From positions 65,100,001 through 65,164,000 of the forward strand of contig NW_027361738.1 of assembly GCF_039654945.1 (NCBI RefSeq): a stretch of 64,000 nt of DNA. Reading direction: 5' to 3'. Below, piece after piece: positions 1 through 11,425 of this stretch. A program made the position numbers and the translations under genes. The stretch is from Dendrobates tinctorius. Lineage: Eukaryota. Position 1 is the stretch's first letter; each line of letters begins with the position of its first letter. The notes under the pieces were generated by a model. It was not told where the DNA came from. It did not search any database and saw only the letters and a program-made list of their open reading frames with translations.

Positions 1-1250
1 GGGCAGCGGGGTACTCGGTACCGGGCCGGTGTCGAGGCGGGAATGAGTCACAGCAGCGGTGACACGGTCCGTCGCCCTGGGCGCCCAATATCAATGGCGG
101 TGATGTTAATGGTGTTAAAGTTTATTAGAATAGTTCGTGACGCCACCCGTGGTGTTTAGCAAGTAAGATGTTGAGCCAACGCTGCATGCAGATCCACTGG
201 GACTGATGGTGTGGTGCAGCAAAGATGGTGTAGCTCCCCACAGGTGGAGCTTTAGTCCCAGGGCAGTGTAGGTGCAATGGATGAGGAGAGGCGCAGAAAG
301 GTATAGATGCTGGTACCCAGGTGTATTGGTGCAGGAATAACTGGAGGACACCAGGGTGTGCGGTTCCAAAGCTTTACTCACTGTTTGCAGTTCTCTCAAC
401 TGCCTGCCTCCGTACCGTGTTCTCCAGGTCAGGGCTCCAGCCAACCTCCAGGCAGGATAGGATTCTCCCTTCCACACTCCGCCAACATGTACCTTACTGA
501 ACGACTCCTCCAATGCGCCTTTAGGTGCGAAGCACTCCAGTACTTAGTTACTCTGGAATGCCTCTCTCTAGGTGTTCCTAGTCTCTACTTGTATGACAGA
601 CAGCTGTAGCCTGCTTCGGGGACTCCTCACTACGTCCCGGCTCTCTATTCAGTTGCTGTTGTGTCCCAAGTCTATGATGGGAGCAAGGCGTTAGCGGCTC
701 ACTACTCCTCCGGTGTCTGTTGCCGGACATAAAGATCCAATCAACCTCGGGGACCGGGCCCCGGCCTTTGCGCTCTCTGGACTGGAAGGGTTCTCTATAT
801 TTCTTCAACCAGCTTCCCACCGTCCTTCTATTCTCCTTTGTTCCGATCTGTTCTCTCTTATGGAAGGTTAGGTTATCAATCTTATCAGTCTCTTTCTCTG
901 GTCTTTCTCGTGCCAGCAGCCCAGATCACTGGGACCTGCTGCAGCACGTCCCTCAGACACCCATCTTCTCTCTTTTCTCACTAACCAACTCCCCCCTCAC
1001 TCTTCCCACTCTTTTATATCATCTCACTCCACCCGCCTCCCAGCACATCTCGTGTTACAAAGCAGGGTTCCACGAGGGGTGCTCTGCTAACCCCCAGCCT
1101 GAAGCTGTTAGGTGGCCCCACTGAACTATCCTGTGTGTGGAATGCAGGTGTGGAGCGTGGACAGGAGTTCCCACCTTACCTGGATGGTGGGGCACTACAC
1201 CTTAGAAGATGCAGTACCTCTGTGACGACTGAAGCCTCAGGGGCGCCACA
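1..1250 (-). mobile_element. Solo LTR (Gypsy-type family), copy 1, cut by window start
   Basis: Ends ...GCCTCAGGGGCGCCACA (reverse complement TGTGGCGCCCC, an LTR TG start). The window start GGTACTCGGTACCGGGCCGGT matches the opposite end of the copy at 3405-4394. Colinear with 34081-35313. Confidence 0.7.
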
Positions 1251-2732
1251 CATCCTCCTGCCCAACCGGACTGCAAGGTGCTGATGGCACGGTCATGGCA
1301 GCCAGGTGCCTAATTGGGGTTCCCGTGTCTGCCATGTTTGTACACCCATGAAGCCTAGCTTGCGATTGTACAATGTGTTGTATAAGGGGTCAAGCCAACA
1401 CAAATTCAAGTCTTGTAGAAAGACCAATGAAAATACTAAGAACAGTTACAAATATTTTTCAAACATAAAAAAATACCATACATGTAATAATGGTTCAATT
1501 AATGCCTGTTTTTTTTCCAAAAGCTGAACAAAAAAAAAATCTAAAAAAATAAAACAAAATATTTTGCATCAACATGTGTAGGACTGACCTAATAAATAAT
1601 ACATCTTATATCTATCCCTTGGTGTGATATGGCTGAATTGCTGTATTGTTTATCTCTTTAGTACAATCAGAAAGTTGCATACATAAAAACTACAACTCAT
1701 ACACAAAAAAAATAAAATCCATAATTCTAAGAATATGGAGCCACAAATTGATTTTTTAAGCGGTAAAGCAAAAAACTAAATTATAACTTTAGCATCAGTA
1801 TAAATGTACTGACAGTTCCCAGGTCATATTTACCATGAAGTGAACATAAAACGAATCCCCCCCCCCCAAAAAAAAATAAAAATGCAAAAAGCAGAATAGC
1901 ACCTTTTTTTCAGTTGTTGTTGTTATAATTCCTCCTCATTGTGAAAGTTTTTCCTTTTTTTTGTCAATATATAATATAGTATAAAATTAATGGTTTCAAG
2001 AAGACTACATCCTATGTAAAAAAAAAAAAAAAAAAAATACAACTAGTGCCAATATTACTCTTCCTACAAAACAATAGGAAGTTGTGGCTTTTGGGAAAAA
2101 TGGGAGAAAAAAAAATTAATTGTAAAAAATAAATAAGGCTGCATGTCCAAAGAGTTAAAAGAAAGCTATACTCTTTGTATTTACTGTGCTGATCAGTGGA
2201 GGTCCAGGAGGTCAGACACTCGTGATGAAACATTGATTTTTAAAGATGAGCCATGTAAAAAGTATAAAAACACAAAAATCAGGGAGAGGAGGATCAGCAA
2301 CTCTGGAAAAGATGAAAACATCCGAGATGAACATTGCCGAGTCCATCACGTCCTTCTTTGCTGCCCCCATCAGCAGGGCTCGGGGGGACACTGGGCCACC
2401 ACTACATACATGATGATCCCAAGGGCTTTGGAGAAAAAAAAAGTCTAGGATCCCATACTAGGCAGTCAGTCTGGATTAGCGAATATTCATTTCAGGGGAT
2501 TTTCATACGAGTTGCATAAAAGCCGTCTTTCTTTGCAGCTCTTCTTCTGAAGCTGCAGCATAATGCAGATTATTGATTTGCGAGAGAAAGGATTTGGTTC
2601 TAGCATTATAAAACTGTTGGCAGGACACCGCCAAAGCCACTTGTGATCGATAAGGCGGCTGAAAATGAACTTAATATTAAAAAAAAAAAATTGAAAAACT
2701 TCCAGCGTTCACAAGATTTTCAGTTCTGTTAA

Positions 2733-3314
2733 AGGGAAGCTGTCATCAGATAACGATGAACTATTGTTTAAATCAGGTTTTTGGAATTTTTAATCTTTTA
2801 AAAGAAAAAAAAAAATTCCATATCCTTTTCTGTAGTAAAAAATAAATAATAGAAATCTTGCAATTTTCACACCGGCCTCTGGGGCCTTTTTAAACTCCAA
2901 CTTCCTGTTTCAGGAAACAATATATGTACATAGCCACAGTGGTCAGCTCTCAGCAATATCTTTTGTATGAAAGCACCCGATGAGGGGGTGGAAAGGTAAT
3001 TGGGAGTGGAGGGGGGGGGGTTAGCATTAGCTGTGATATCGCCTAATGTGATTGGCGGAGTTTGTGTTATTAGAGGTGTTATCTGTCATTGTAATCCTGC
3101 CTCCGATGATAAAAGAGACTGCTGAAAATGGTTCCTGAAAGAACAGGAGAAATGAGACTTAAAAAAAAAAACACCAGCGGTCAGTGTGAATATTTGCATG
3201 ATTACTAATTTTGTCTTTTTAATAATCATGATATGAAAAAAAAAATGTGAAAAATAAAACACAACACAAAAACCTGATTTAAACAATAGGTCATTTTTTG
3301 GTGTTAGTTTCCCT
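2733..3314. mobile_element. Kolobok/T2-type MITE
   Basis: TTAA|AGGGAAGCTGTCA...TTAGTTTCCCT|TTAA, with internal inverted symmetry (CTATTGTTTAAATCAGGTTTT / AAAACCTGATTTAAACAATAG). Confidence 0.65.
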
Positions 3315-3404
3315 TTAATATTGGGAAAATAATTGCACAAGAAATGATGTTGTTGTAGTTGTTATGTGTCCTGTGCACAGAAGAACAATACAACCAATAG
3401 GGGG

Positions 3405-4394
3405 TGTGGCGCCCCCAGGAGTATGGTCGCCACAGTGGCATTGCCTTCCTCCAAGGAGGGTGATGTCAGGCTTGGAAGGAAGGAAGGGTCTCTCTAGCAG
3501 TTAACCATGTCATGCAACACAGTTCCCACTCCAGGCCAGCAGAGGGAGCTCTGAACCAGAATTGGGGGAGGAGTGCTCTCTGAGGGCCAAGAAGGGAAAT
3601 GAGGAGTTAGTGTGAGGAGGGCAAAGAGAAGCTGGAGGTTGAGCTGAGGATAGAGAGCTCCTTCCCAGTGATAGCGCATGATCTGGAGCCTGGTCTCCAC
3701 GGTTGTATGGATACTGAAGGTCCTGCAACAGAAACCAGAGGAATAGTAAGCTGTAAATGCGCTATTCCCAACTAAGACTCGGAGGCACAACAGCGACGGG
3801 TGAGCCAAGAGAGATAGAGGGCTACAGCTGTCTGCCATACGAGGTAGTTCTAAGAGAAGATAAGAAGGAGGAACTTCAGTGTAACACTGTACTGCATGTA
3901 CCTCAAGCCAGCGCTAGGAAGGAGACTACACAACCCATCTGATAGAGAGATCCCTGAGTTGCTTCCAGGCTAGCCTGCTCCTGTGCCATCTGTAACCAGG
4001 ACCCTGGACTGCGTTTGCCAAGTAAATGTAAAGAAACTGCACCCTGTTGTGTCCTTGCCTCCTTCCTGCAACCTCCTCAGCACTGCTACATCTCTGTGCC
4101 AAACACTGCACCCTCTTCCTAAACATTCCGCTACACTGCCCAGGGACTACAGCCCTACCTGTGGAGGGCTACAACATCATTGCTGCACCACACCATCTGT
4201 CCGCAGCGTCGGCTTAACACCTTCATTGCCGTACACCACAGGTGGCGTCACAAATCACTTATAAACTTTATTTCCAAATCAACCCCTTTTATATGGGCGC
4301 CCAGGGCCAAGGACCGGGTCACCGCTGCTGTGACAATCCCCTCTGAGAGACCGGCCCGGTACCGAGTACCCCACAGCTCTGGGAGGGCGACCCA
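3405..4394 (+). mobile_element. Solo LTR, copy 2 (complete, about 990 bp)
   Basis: TGTGGCGCCCC...GGGCGACCCA termini (TG...CA) flanked by a 4-bp GGGG duplication. The 3' part is homologous to copies 1 and 3. Confidence 0.7.
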
Positions 4395-4796
4395 GGGGCA
4401 GCAGACATCCGGTGTACTGGAGCTTAGATTACTGGCTGACTGGATGCAGGCTGTCATGTAATGGATAGTTGTAGCTCAGTGCCTTGTGGTAGGACCTGGG
4501 CTGATCCAGGAGGTGTCCTCAGTGTCCTAGGAACTGTACATTGCCAGGCCGCAGCGCTGGACAAATCTCCTGTACCATTATAGGAAATGTGTTTCCTGCT
4601 CACAGGGGGCAGGCAGGGTCGGAGGGCATTGGAATAATTGCTTTAGGATGACAATAGTTATACATTATCAGGATTCAAGATGAAATACATCACCAGTTAC
4701 ATTGGAGAAAGAGAAGTAGAAATGGGTGAAGGTGTCCCTTCCGACTCCCATCAGCCTCCTCGTAACATAATTTAATGGCAGTCGGGGGGACTACTT

Positions 4797-5048
4797 ATTC
4801 ATTTTACTCACTTATATAGCGCCATTAATTCTACAGAATTTTACAGACATTATCATCACTGTCCCCATTGGGGCTCACAATCTAGATTCCCTATCGGTAT
4901 GTCTTTGGAGTGTGGGAGGAAACCGGAGAACCCGGAGGAAACCCACGCAAACACGGGGAGAACATACAAACGCCTTGCAGATGTTGTCCTTGGTGGGATT
5001 TGAACCCAGCGCTGCAAGGCTACAGTGCTAACCACTGAGCCACCGTGC
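4797..5048 (-). mobile_element. tRNA-derived SINE (V-SINE-like) with L2-type 3' tail
   Basis: Minus strand has an A-box (TGGCTCAGTGG) and B-box (GGTTCAAATCC). The central CCGGAGGAAACCCACGCAAACACGGGGAGAAC core and the TTATATAGCGCC tail (shared with L2) are read on the + strand. Confidence 0.8.
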
Positions 5049-5239
5049 ATATGCTGCAATATTACAGTATTGCAGTTTACTGTACAAGTTATTGCAGGCT
5101 CAAGTTCTCCATGAAAGCAATTAAAACACGTTAAAAAAGAAAAGAGAAAAGGTACAAAAACATAAATAGAAATGCTCTCCTCAATATTGAAATTGTACCA
5201 AGAAGTAAAAGATGTGGAATCATGAACCCAATACTACGG

Positions 5240-5995
5240 GCATTTCTCTGAAGTGTCCTAGGAGCCGTTTTACAGCTTGACAACATCAGAGCGCATGTTA
5301 GTCAAGCTCCTGTGAGCAGCCTGTGTGGTTGCAGAGTCTCCAGGCTTGTCTCCCACCGAACACATCTGGGACGCCATTGGTCGGCAATTGCTCAGGAACT
5401 GCCAGCAGCGGATCTTGATGATTTGCCCAAGTGCATTCAGTGCGAAATGCAGAGAACATTCCTCAGACGACCATTAATAACTTCATTGATAGCAGCCAAG
5501 GCTGTAAGGGTGTGTGCACATGGTGCGAATTCTGCTGTGGATTTTTCCACGCAGATTTGGCTACATCCGCAGGTAAATGCACAGGTCAAATGACCTGCGT
5601 TTTACCTGCGGATTTAGTGCGGATTAGCCTGCGTTTTCCTCCTGCGTTTTGACACCTGGTAATGGAGCAGGTGTGAAACTGCTGCGAATTCCGCACAAAG
5701 AAGTGACATGCTGCGGATTTAAAACTGCAGCTAATTCGTGCGGAAAAATCCGCAGCATGTGCACAGCGTTTTTCATTTTCCATTGACTATAAAGGTACTG
5801 TACAATGCCGCAGAATCCGCACCGTGTGCACACACCCTAAGTGCTCATACTTGATACTGAATAAATTCTAATATTTTGAAAAGGTTTCCATTTTTTCATC
5901 ATTTGCATATCGGTAACATGTCTAGCCGTCCTGCGATTTCCATAATTCCACGATTTTTCCGTCATGTTATTGTAATTTCAATGTTAAGGAGTGCA
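5240..5995 (+). mobile_element. Degenerate Tc1-like transposon 3' fragment, interrupted by a MITE
   Basis: TCTCCAGGCTTGTCTCCCACCGAACACATCTGGGAC encodes a decayed SPDLSPIEHIWD motif. Boundaries are approximate. Confidence 0.4.
5508..5837. mobile_element. PIF/Harbinger-type MITE
   Basis: TAA|GGGTGTGTGCACA...TGTGCACACACCC|TAA, with internal TGCGGATT/AATCCGCA repeats. Confidence 0.8.
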
Positions 5996-6299
5996 TATAA
6001 AAGTTCATATCACCTGTCATTTCCCGTAATGTAAATAATAAAATCTAAAAAATATAAATAACATATTTCATAGCTGCACCTGACCGAACTAATAAAATAG
6101 AAATGACAAAATTAATTTATTTTAGTTGCTAAAATAGTTACAGCTCTTGGAAGGCGAGGAGGAAAATAAAAAACGAATGAGGGTCCCTGGGCCTCTATCA
6201 TCCAAGGACCTGCATAATCCTGGAGCTGGTAATGGTTACAGAGTGCACAGATTATGTGTGATTGCTTGTGACACTGCGCATGTTCAATTAACAATCACG

Positions 6300-6469
6300 A
6301 GATAGATAGATAATAGATCATAGATAATAGACCGATACAGAGATAGATAGATAATAGATAAGATAGATAATAGATAGCTAGATAGATAATAGATAAAATA
6401 GATCATAGATAGATAATAGATCATAGATAATAGATAGACCGATACAGAGATAGATAATAGAGAAGATAG
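6300..6469. repeat. (GATA)n-type microsatellite running into an assembly gap
   Basis: Repeated GATA/GATAATA units. Confidence 0.9.
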
Positions 6470-6730
6470 NNNNNNNNNNNNNNNNNNNNNNNNNNNNNNN
6501 NNNNNNNNNNNNNNNNNNNNNNNNNNNNNNNNNNNNNNNNNNNNNNNNNNNNNNNNNNNNNNNNNNNNNNNNNNNNNNNNNNNNNNNNNNNNNNNNNNNN
6601 NNNNNNNNNNNNNNNNNNNNNNNNNNNNNNNNNNNNNNNNNNNNNNNNNNNNNNNNNNNNNNNNNNNNNNNNNNNNNNNNNNNNNNNNNNNNNNNNNNNN
6701 NNNNNNNNNNNNNNNNNNNNNNNNNNNNNN
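6470..6730. other. Assembly gap (N run)
   Basis: 261 N characters. Confidence 0.99.
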
Positions 6731-6993
6731 GCCTCTGTGCAAGAACAGTATATGGGTCTTTGCGGTCCAACACCTCATTATAAAGCACAATTCCACCTGC
6801 TCTGAAGGTAGTCTCCCCCTCACCTCTGTGTAGCTGCACAGCCTGTACCAACCCTATGTCCTCTCCTCGATAGATAGGTAGATATATAGATTGTCACGTT
6901 TAGCACACTTACCTGTAGTCCTAAAATAACAACTGGTGCAATAAAGCTAGTTGGGGAAAAAAAAAAAAAAAAGAAAGCCGCTGAGCAGATACT

Positions 6994-7007
6994 GTTGCCG
7001 CGGTGAC
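6994..7007. promoter_or_regulatory. RFX X-box candidate in the ENKUR promoter
   Basis: GTTGCCGCGGTGAC (reverse complement GTCACCGCGGCAAC), about 87 bp upstream of the ATG of a motile-cilia gene. Confidence 0.6.
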
Positions 7008-7093
7008 TGTAGAGACAACACTGCTGAGCCAGGACTCTGTGACACACAGCAGCACCGGCAGTGTGTCCTCTGCTATATGACCAGACCCCGAAA

Positions 7094-7170
7094 ATGAAGA
7101 CCATGAACCCAGCTGAGAACATCTATAACCTCATCCCCACAGAGGAGGTGAAAGTGGCCAAACCCCCCAG
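7094..7170 (+). CDS. ENKUR: Enkurin, coding exon 1 (MKTMNPAENIYNLIPTEEVKVAKPPR)
   Basis: IYNLIP...PPR matches the enkurin N-terminus. Donor AG|GTGAGT; 77 nt, phase 2. Confidence 0.9.
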
Positions 7171-7494
7171 GTGAGTGACACGGGAGAACTCAGGGCAGAG
7201 GTAATAAACAGCAAGCAGGTATTGTGTTATCTATATACACACAGACACACAAATAGAATATCATCAAAAACTTCATTTATTTCAGTTCTTCAATATAAAA
7301 AGTGACACTCATATTATATAGAGTCATTACACACAGTGATCTATTTCACGTGTTTATTTCTGTTAATGTTGATGATTATGGCTTACAGCTGATGAAAGCC
7401 CAAAAGTCATTATCTCAGTTAATTAGAATACTTTATAACACCAGCTTGAAAAATGATTTTACAATCTGAAATGTTGTCCTAATGAAATGTATGT

Positions 7495-8507
7495 TCAGTA
7501 AATGCACTCAGTACTTGGTCGGGCTCCTTTGCCATCAATTACTGCATCAATGCGGCGTGGCATGGAGGTGATCAGCCTGTGGCACTGCTGAGGGGTTATG
7601 GAAGCCCAGGTTGCTTTGATAGCAGCCTTCAGCTCGTCTGCATTGTTGGATCTGGTGTCTCCCATCATCCTCTTGACAATACTCCATAGATCCTCTATGG
7701 GGTTAAGGTCAGGTGAGTTTGCTGCCAATCAAGCCCAGTGATACTGTTGTGTGTACACCAGGTATTGGTACTTTTGGCAGTGTGGACAGGGGCCAAGTCC
7801 TGCTGGAGAATGACATTTCCATCTCCAAAAAGCTTGTCGGCAGAGGGAAGCATGAAGTGCTCTAAAATATCCCAGTAGACGGCTGCGCTGACTTTGGTCT
7901 TGATAAAACACAGTGGACCTACACCAGCAGATGACATGGCTCCCCAAACCATCCCTGATTGTGGAAACTTCACAGTAGACCTCCAGCAGTTTGGATTGTG
8001 GCCTCTCCACTCTTCCTCCAGACTCTGGGACCTTGATTTCCAAATGAAATGCAAAATTTACTTTCATCTGAAAACAACACCTTGGACCACTGACAACAGG
8101 CCAGGTCTTTTTCTCCTTGGCCCAGGTGAGACCCTTCTGGCGTTGTCTATTGGTCATGAGTGGCTTGACACAAGGAATGTGACACTTGTAGCCCATGTCC
8201 TGGATACGTCTGTGTGTGGCGGCTCTTGATGCAATGGCTCCAGCAGCAGTCCACTCCTTGTGAATCTCCCCCAATTTTTGAATGGCCTTTTCTTAACAAT
8301 CCTTTCAAGGCTGTGGTTATCCCGGTTGCTTGTGCACCTTTTTCTACCACACTTTTTCCTTCCACTCAGCTTTCCATTAATATGCTTGGATACAGCACTC
8401 TGTGAACAGCCAGCTTCTTTATCAATGACCTTTTGTGGCTTCCCCTCCTTGTGGAGTGTGTCAGTGACTGCCTTCTGGACATCTGTCAAGTCAGGAGTCT
8501 TCCCCAT
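7495..8507 (-). pseudogene. Frameshifted Tc1 (DD34E-type) transposase
   Basis: HTH region MGKTPDLTDVQK..., then GRKRCTS, MVWGAMS, QQDLAPVH and SPDLNPIEDLW, spread over four frames. Confidence 0.88.
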
Positions 8508-8535
8508 GATTGTGGAGCTACTGAAACAGACTTAA

Positions 8536-8880
8536 GGGCATGTCACACTAAGAGATATCGCTAGCAATATCGCTATAACTTGTGACGTTATAGCAATATT
8601 GCTAGCGATATCACTGTGTCTAATACTCACCTACGACCCGCTCCCCCGCTGGTTATCACTGATCACGCGAGAACTGGCTGGACGACGCGTGGAGCCGGGC
8701 GGGAGGACGCAGGATCGCCTGGTGTGACAGGTAAGTAGCGACCCCCGTCCCCAGCGATGTCGCTGGTGAGATCTGCCTGTGTGGCAGCTCACTAGCGACC
8801 ACTTAGCGATGTACCAGCGATCCTGACCGCGTCATATCGCTGGTCAGGATCGCTGGTACATTGCTAAGTGTGACAGTACC
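8536..8880. mobile_element. Harbinger-type MITE nested in the Tc1 element
   Basis: TTAA-GGGCATGTCACACT...AGTGTGACAGTACC-TTAA with CAGCGAT/ATCGCTG repeats. A closely related copy is at 43416-43756. Confidence 0.75.
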
Positions 8881-9582
8881 TTAAGGGACCTTTATAAACG
8901 CTTAGGAAGACTTTGCAGGTGTTTTTTGTTAACTATTCTAATTTACTGAGATAATGACTTTTGGGTTTTCATTGGCTGTAAGTCATAATCATCAACAGTA
9001 ACAGAAAGAAACACGTGAAATAGATCACTCTGTGTGTAATGACTCTATATAATATATGAGATTCACTTTTTGTATTGAAGAACTGAAATGAATTAACTAT
9101 TTGATGATTTTCTAATTTTATGAGAATAACCTGTATATACTGTTTCCCTCACTGCTCTCATATATGTCATGTACAGTGGCTTGCAAAAGTATTCACCGCC
9201 TTGGCATTTTTCCTGTTTTTCTACCCCACAATCTGGAACTTCACCTTTTTTATCAATCTCGATCAGAGCCGCCAGTGTTTCTTGCGCTGACATCCAGACA
9301 ACAGCGTGGGAAACATTCGATGTTCAGGGTGTCGAACCCGAACAGTAACAAGGACTTCTTGGAGAAGTCACTGTTTGGGTGTCTGGCCCATACAGTAGGT
9401 GTTCGGGACAGATCACAAACTTTATTGTTCGAGTTCGCCCGTCACTAGTTATCACCTAATCTGTGGCTAGCATCCTCTTTAAGCTCTTTTACTTAGGCCA
9501 TTTTTAGGTATTTCCCCTTAATGGGAATGTTGAAATTTCTACTAATGATATTATCTTACTACTTTTCTATCTTTGTGTTCAG

Positions 9583-9728
9583 ATACATGTCAACATTCAG
9601 GGACTCGGTGAAGCTCGAAGAGAAGAAAAATAAAGCAGCTCACAAAACCTTGGGTCCAGCCAAAATAGAAGTGCCTTCCCCTAAAGAGTTCCTACAGAAA
9701 CACACAAAGGAGGCCACCCTGGCACAAA
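9583..9728 (+). CDS. ENKUR: Enkurin, coding exon 2
   Basis: YMSTFRDSVK...KTLGPAKIEVPSPKEFLQKHTKE. Acceptor TTCAG|, donor |GTGAGT; 146 nt. Confidence 0.93.
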
Positions 9729-10184
9729 GTGAGTGACCTCTCACAGGCACAGGTAAAGTGTGCCTTGAAGATGGTTTCATCATGGTTTCATAATGAAGCT
9801 GTAAAATGCCATCAGCCAAAATAGTTCTCTTAACACAAAGAGCGCCAACAGATGGGTGTAGAATAGATGATGGAAGCATGTGGCAGCCACATCAAGCAGA
9901 TCCTGTCTCAAGACTGGGGCTACGCAATGATTTTGGCCCCTACACAGATTGCTTCTACATCATAGCATAGTACAATTGAATGGGGGCAGATTGTGGCCTG
10001 CAAGGTCCAACTTTTTGCGACTTGATTGTCGCGGTCCCTTATGGGGCGCAATGCATCCTCATTCAATGACATTATGCTGCTGTTTAGCAGGAACATATAG
10101 TGATCTTTTGATGCCTGGACTGTGTTGCTACCAATTTCACCATGTAGCCCATCCTAATGGAGTTTTCCCATTCTATAAAATGAT

Positions 10185-10815
10185 TAATAAAGAAAACTTG
10201 GCACTCAACTTCTAGAATATTTTTTGGGATTTTTTAATGCAGCCAGAAAATAATAGACGTTTCGGCCTCACTGGCCTTCATCAGTAACAGACTGCAGTAT
10301 AGTAGTTAATCGCATTCAGTGCGATTATAGAAGTGACACCATAGTCACTTTAAATGTGTCTGGTCATGCACTAGGCGCTGGGCATGGAGCCTGAATCAAA
10401 TAGTACCTGGGTGGGTGGGGGTGCCATGCAGACATCAGCGACCCAGAATCGACCCAGAATCTGTGTCACAGCTGACCAACAGTGGATCCTTGGTCGCTGA
10501 TGTCTGCATGGCACCCCCACCCACCCAGGTACTATTTGATTCAGGCTCCATGCCCAGCGCCTAGTGCATGACCAGGCACATTTAAAGTGACTATGGTGTC
10601 ACTTCTATAATCGCACTGAATGCGATTAACTACTATACTGCAGTCTGTTACTGATGAAGGCCAGTGAGGCCGAAACGTCTATTATTTTCTGGCTGCATTA
10701 AAAAATCCCAAAAAATATTCTAGAAGTTGAGTGCCAAGTTTTCTTTATTATTCATGTATGGTGTGGGGCCCTACTTGAGCACCTTCTGAAGTTGTGCATA
10801 CGCTGTTTTTCCTTT
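10185..10815. mobile_element. Penelope-like palindromic pLTR insertion (non-coding)
   Basis: About 259-bp near-perfect inverted arms (10185-10443 and 10492-10750) plus a tail. Flanked by the 15-bp direct repeat ATTCTATAAAATGAT (10170-10184, 10816-10830). A hammerhead motif lies in the arms. Confidence 0.8.
10639..10697 (+). ncRNA. Minimal type I hammerhead ribozyme motif (mirror copy at 10238-10296 on -)
   Basis: CTGATGA-A-GGCC-AGTGA-GGCC-GAAAC-GTC. Distal stem I is TGCAGTC/GGCTGCA; proximal stem I is weak. Confidence 0.65.
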
Positions 10816-11174
10816 ATTCTATAAAATGATGGCATACTGGTAGGATATGATCAGTGAGGGGTGCAATCTCTGCTACCTTATCAATGCTCTGGCTAGCTGG
10901 CCGTCAGGGATTTGCAGCCCAGGTCCAGTAAAGTGAATAACACCTGCTTCGTTTTCCTTTCTTTCCGGGTGACCAAGAGTGAAGTTGTACAAGGAACAGA
11001 GGGGACACCGATTCATTTTCAGCAAAGATCCACATTGATCATAAAGTGTTATGACATAATTTTATGAGCTGAGAATAACCCTTTAAAATCAAGACTTGCA
11101 GCAAACAGTATATTAAGAATATGCATCTTATAGTTTTCATCTCTTATATGCTTTGCCCTCTTGTTGACAACAAG

Positions 11175-11425
11175 AGAGCGCTTTGTACGATTCCACAGGT
11201 AGACCCCCCCGATGCTTGGCAGAAGACAAGCGCCCCCCGGTACCATACAGAACAGACCAACCACTCATGGGAGTGCAAACTAACAAAAGATTCATCACGA
11301 CCAACGTAGCCGAGGCCGTCATGGCTGTGCCTAAGAAACCACAGCCCATCTATGTGGACACCAAAAAAGGGGATAAACATCTCCTGGAGACCTCTGGACT
11401 CGTTCCTAAATACATCAAAAAGAAG
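11175..11425 (+). CDS. ENKUR: Enkurin, coding exon 3 (alternative in-frame acceptor at 11199)
   Basis: KRPPVPYRTDQPLMGVQTNKRFITTN...KKPQPIYVDTKKGDKHLLETSGLVPKYIKKK. Donor AAG|GTAAC. The 5' boundary is ambiguous. Confidence 0.88.

Larger units (their letters stand above)
7238..9133 (-). mobile_element. Tc1-like DNA transposon with ~200-bp TIRs (ENKUR intron 1)
   Basis: Inverted repeats at about 7250-7435 and 8930-9133. The right end is ...CCTG|TA and the left tip is degraded. An internal transposase is present. Confidence 0.88.

Noticed and set aside
4990-5048. tRNA gene
   Set aside because: The A/B boxes belong to a SINE head. There is no complete cloverleaf, and the SINE body follows.
6284-6851. 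ORFs spanning the N run
   Set aside because: Artefacts of the assembly gap and the microsatellite.
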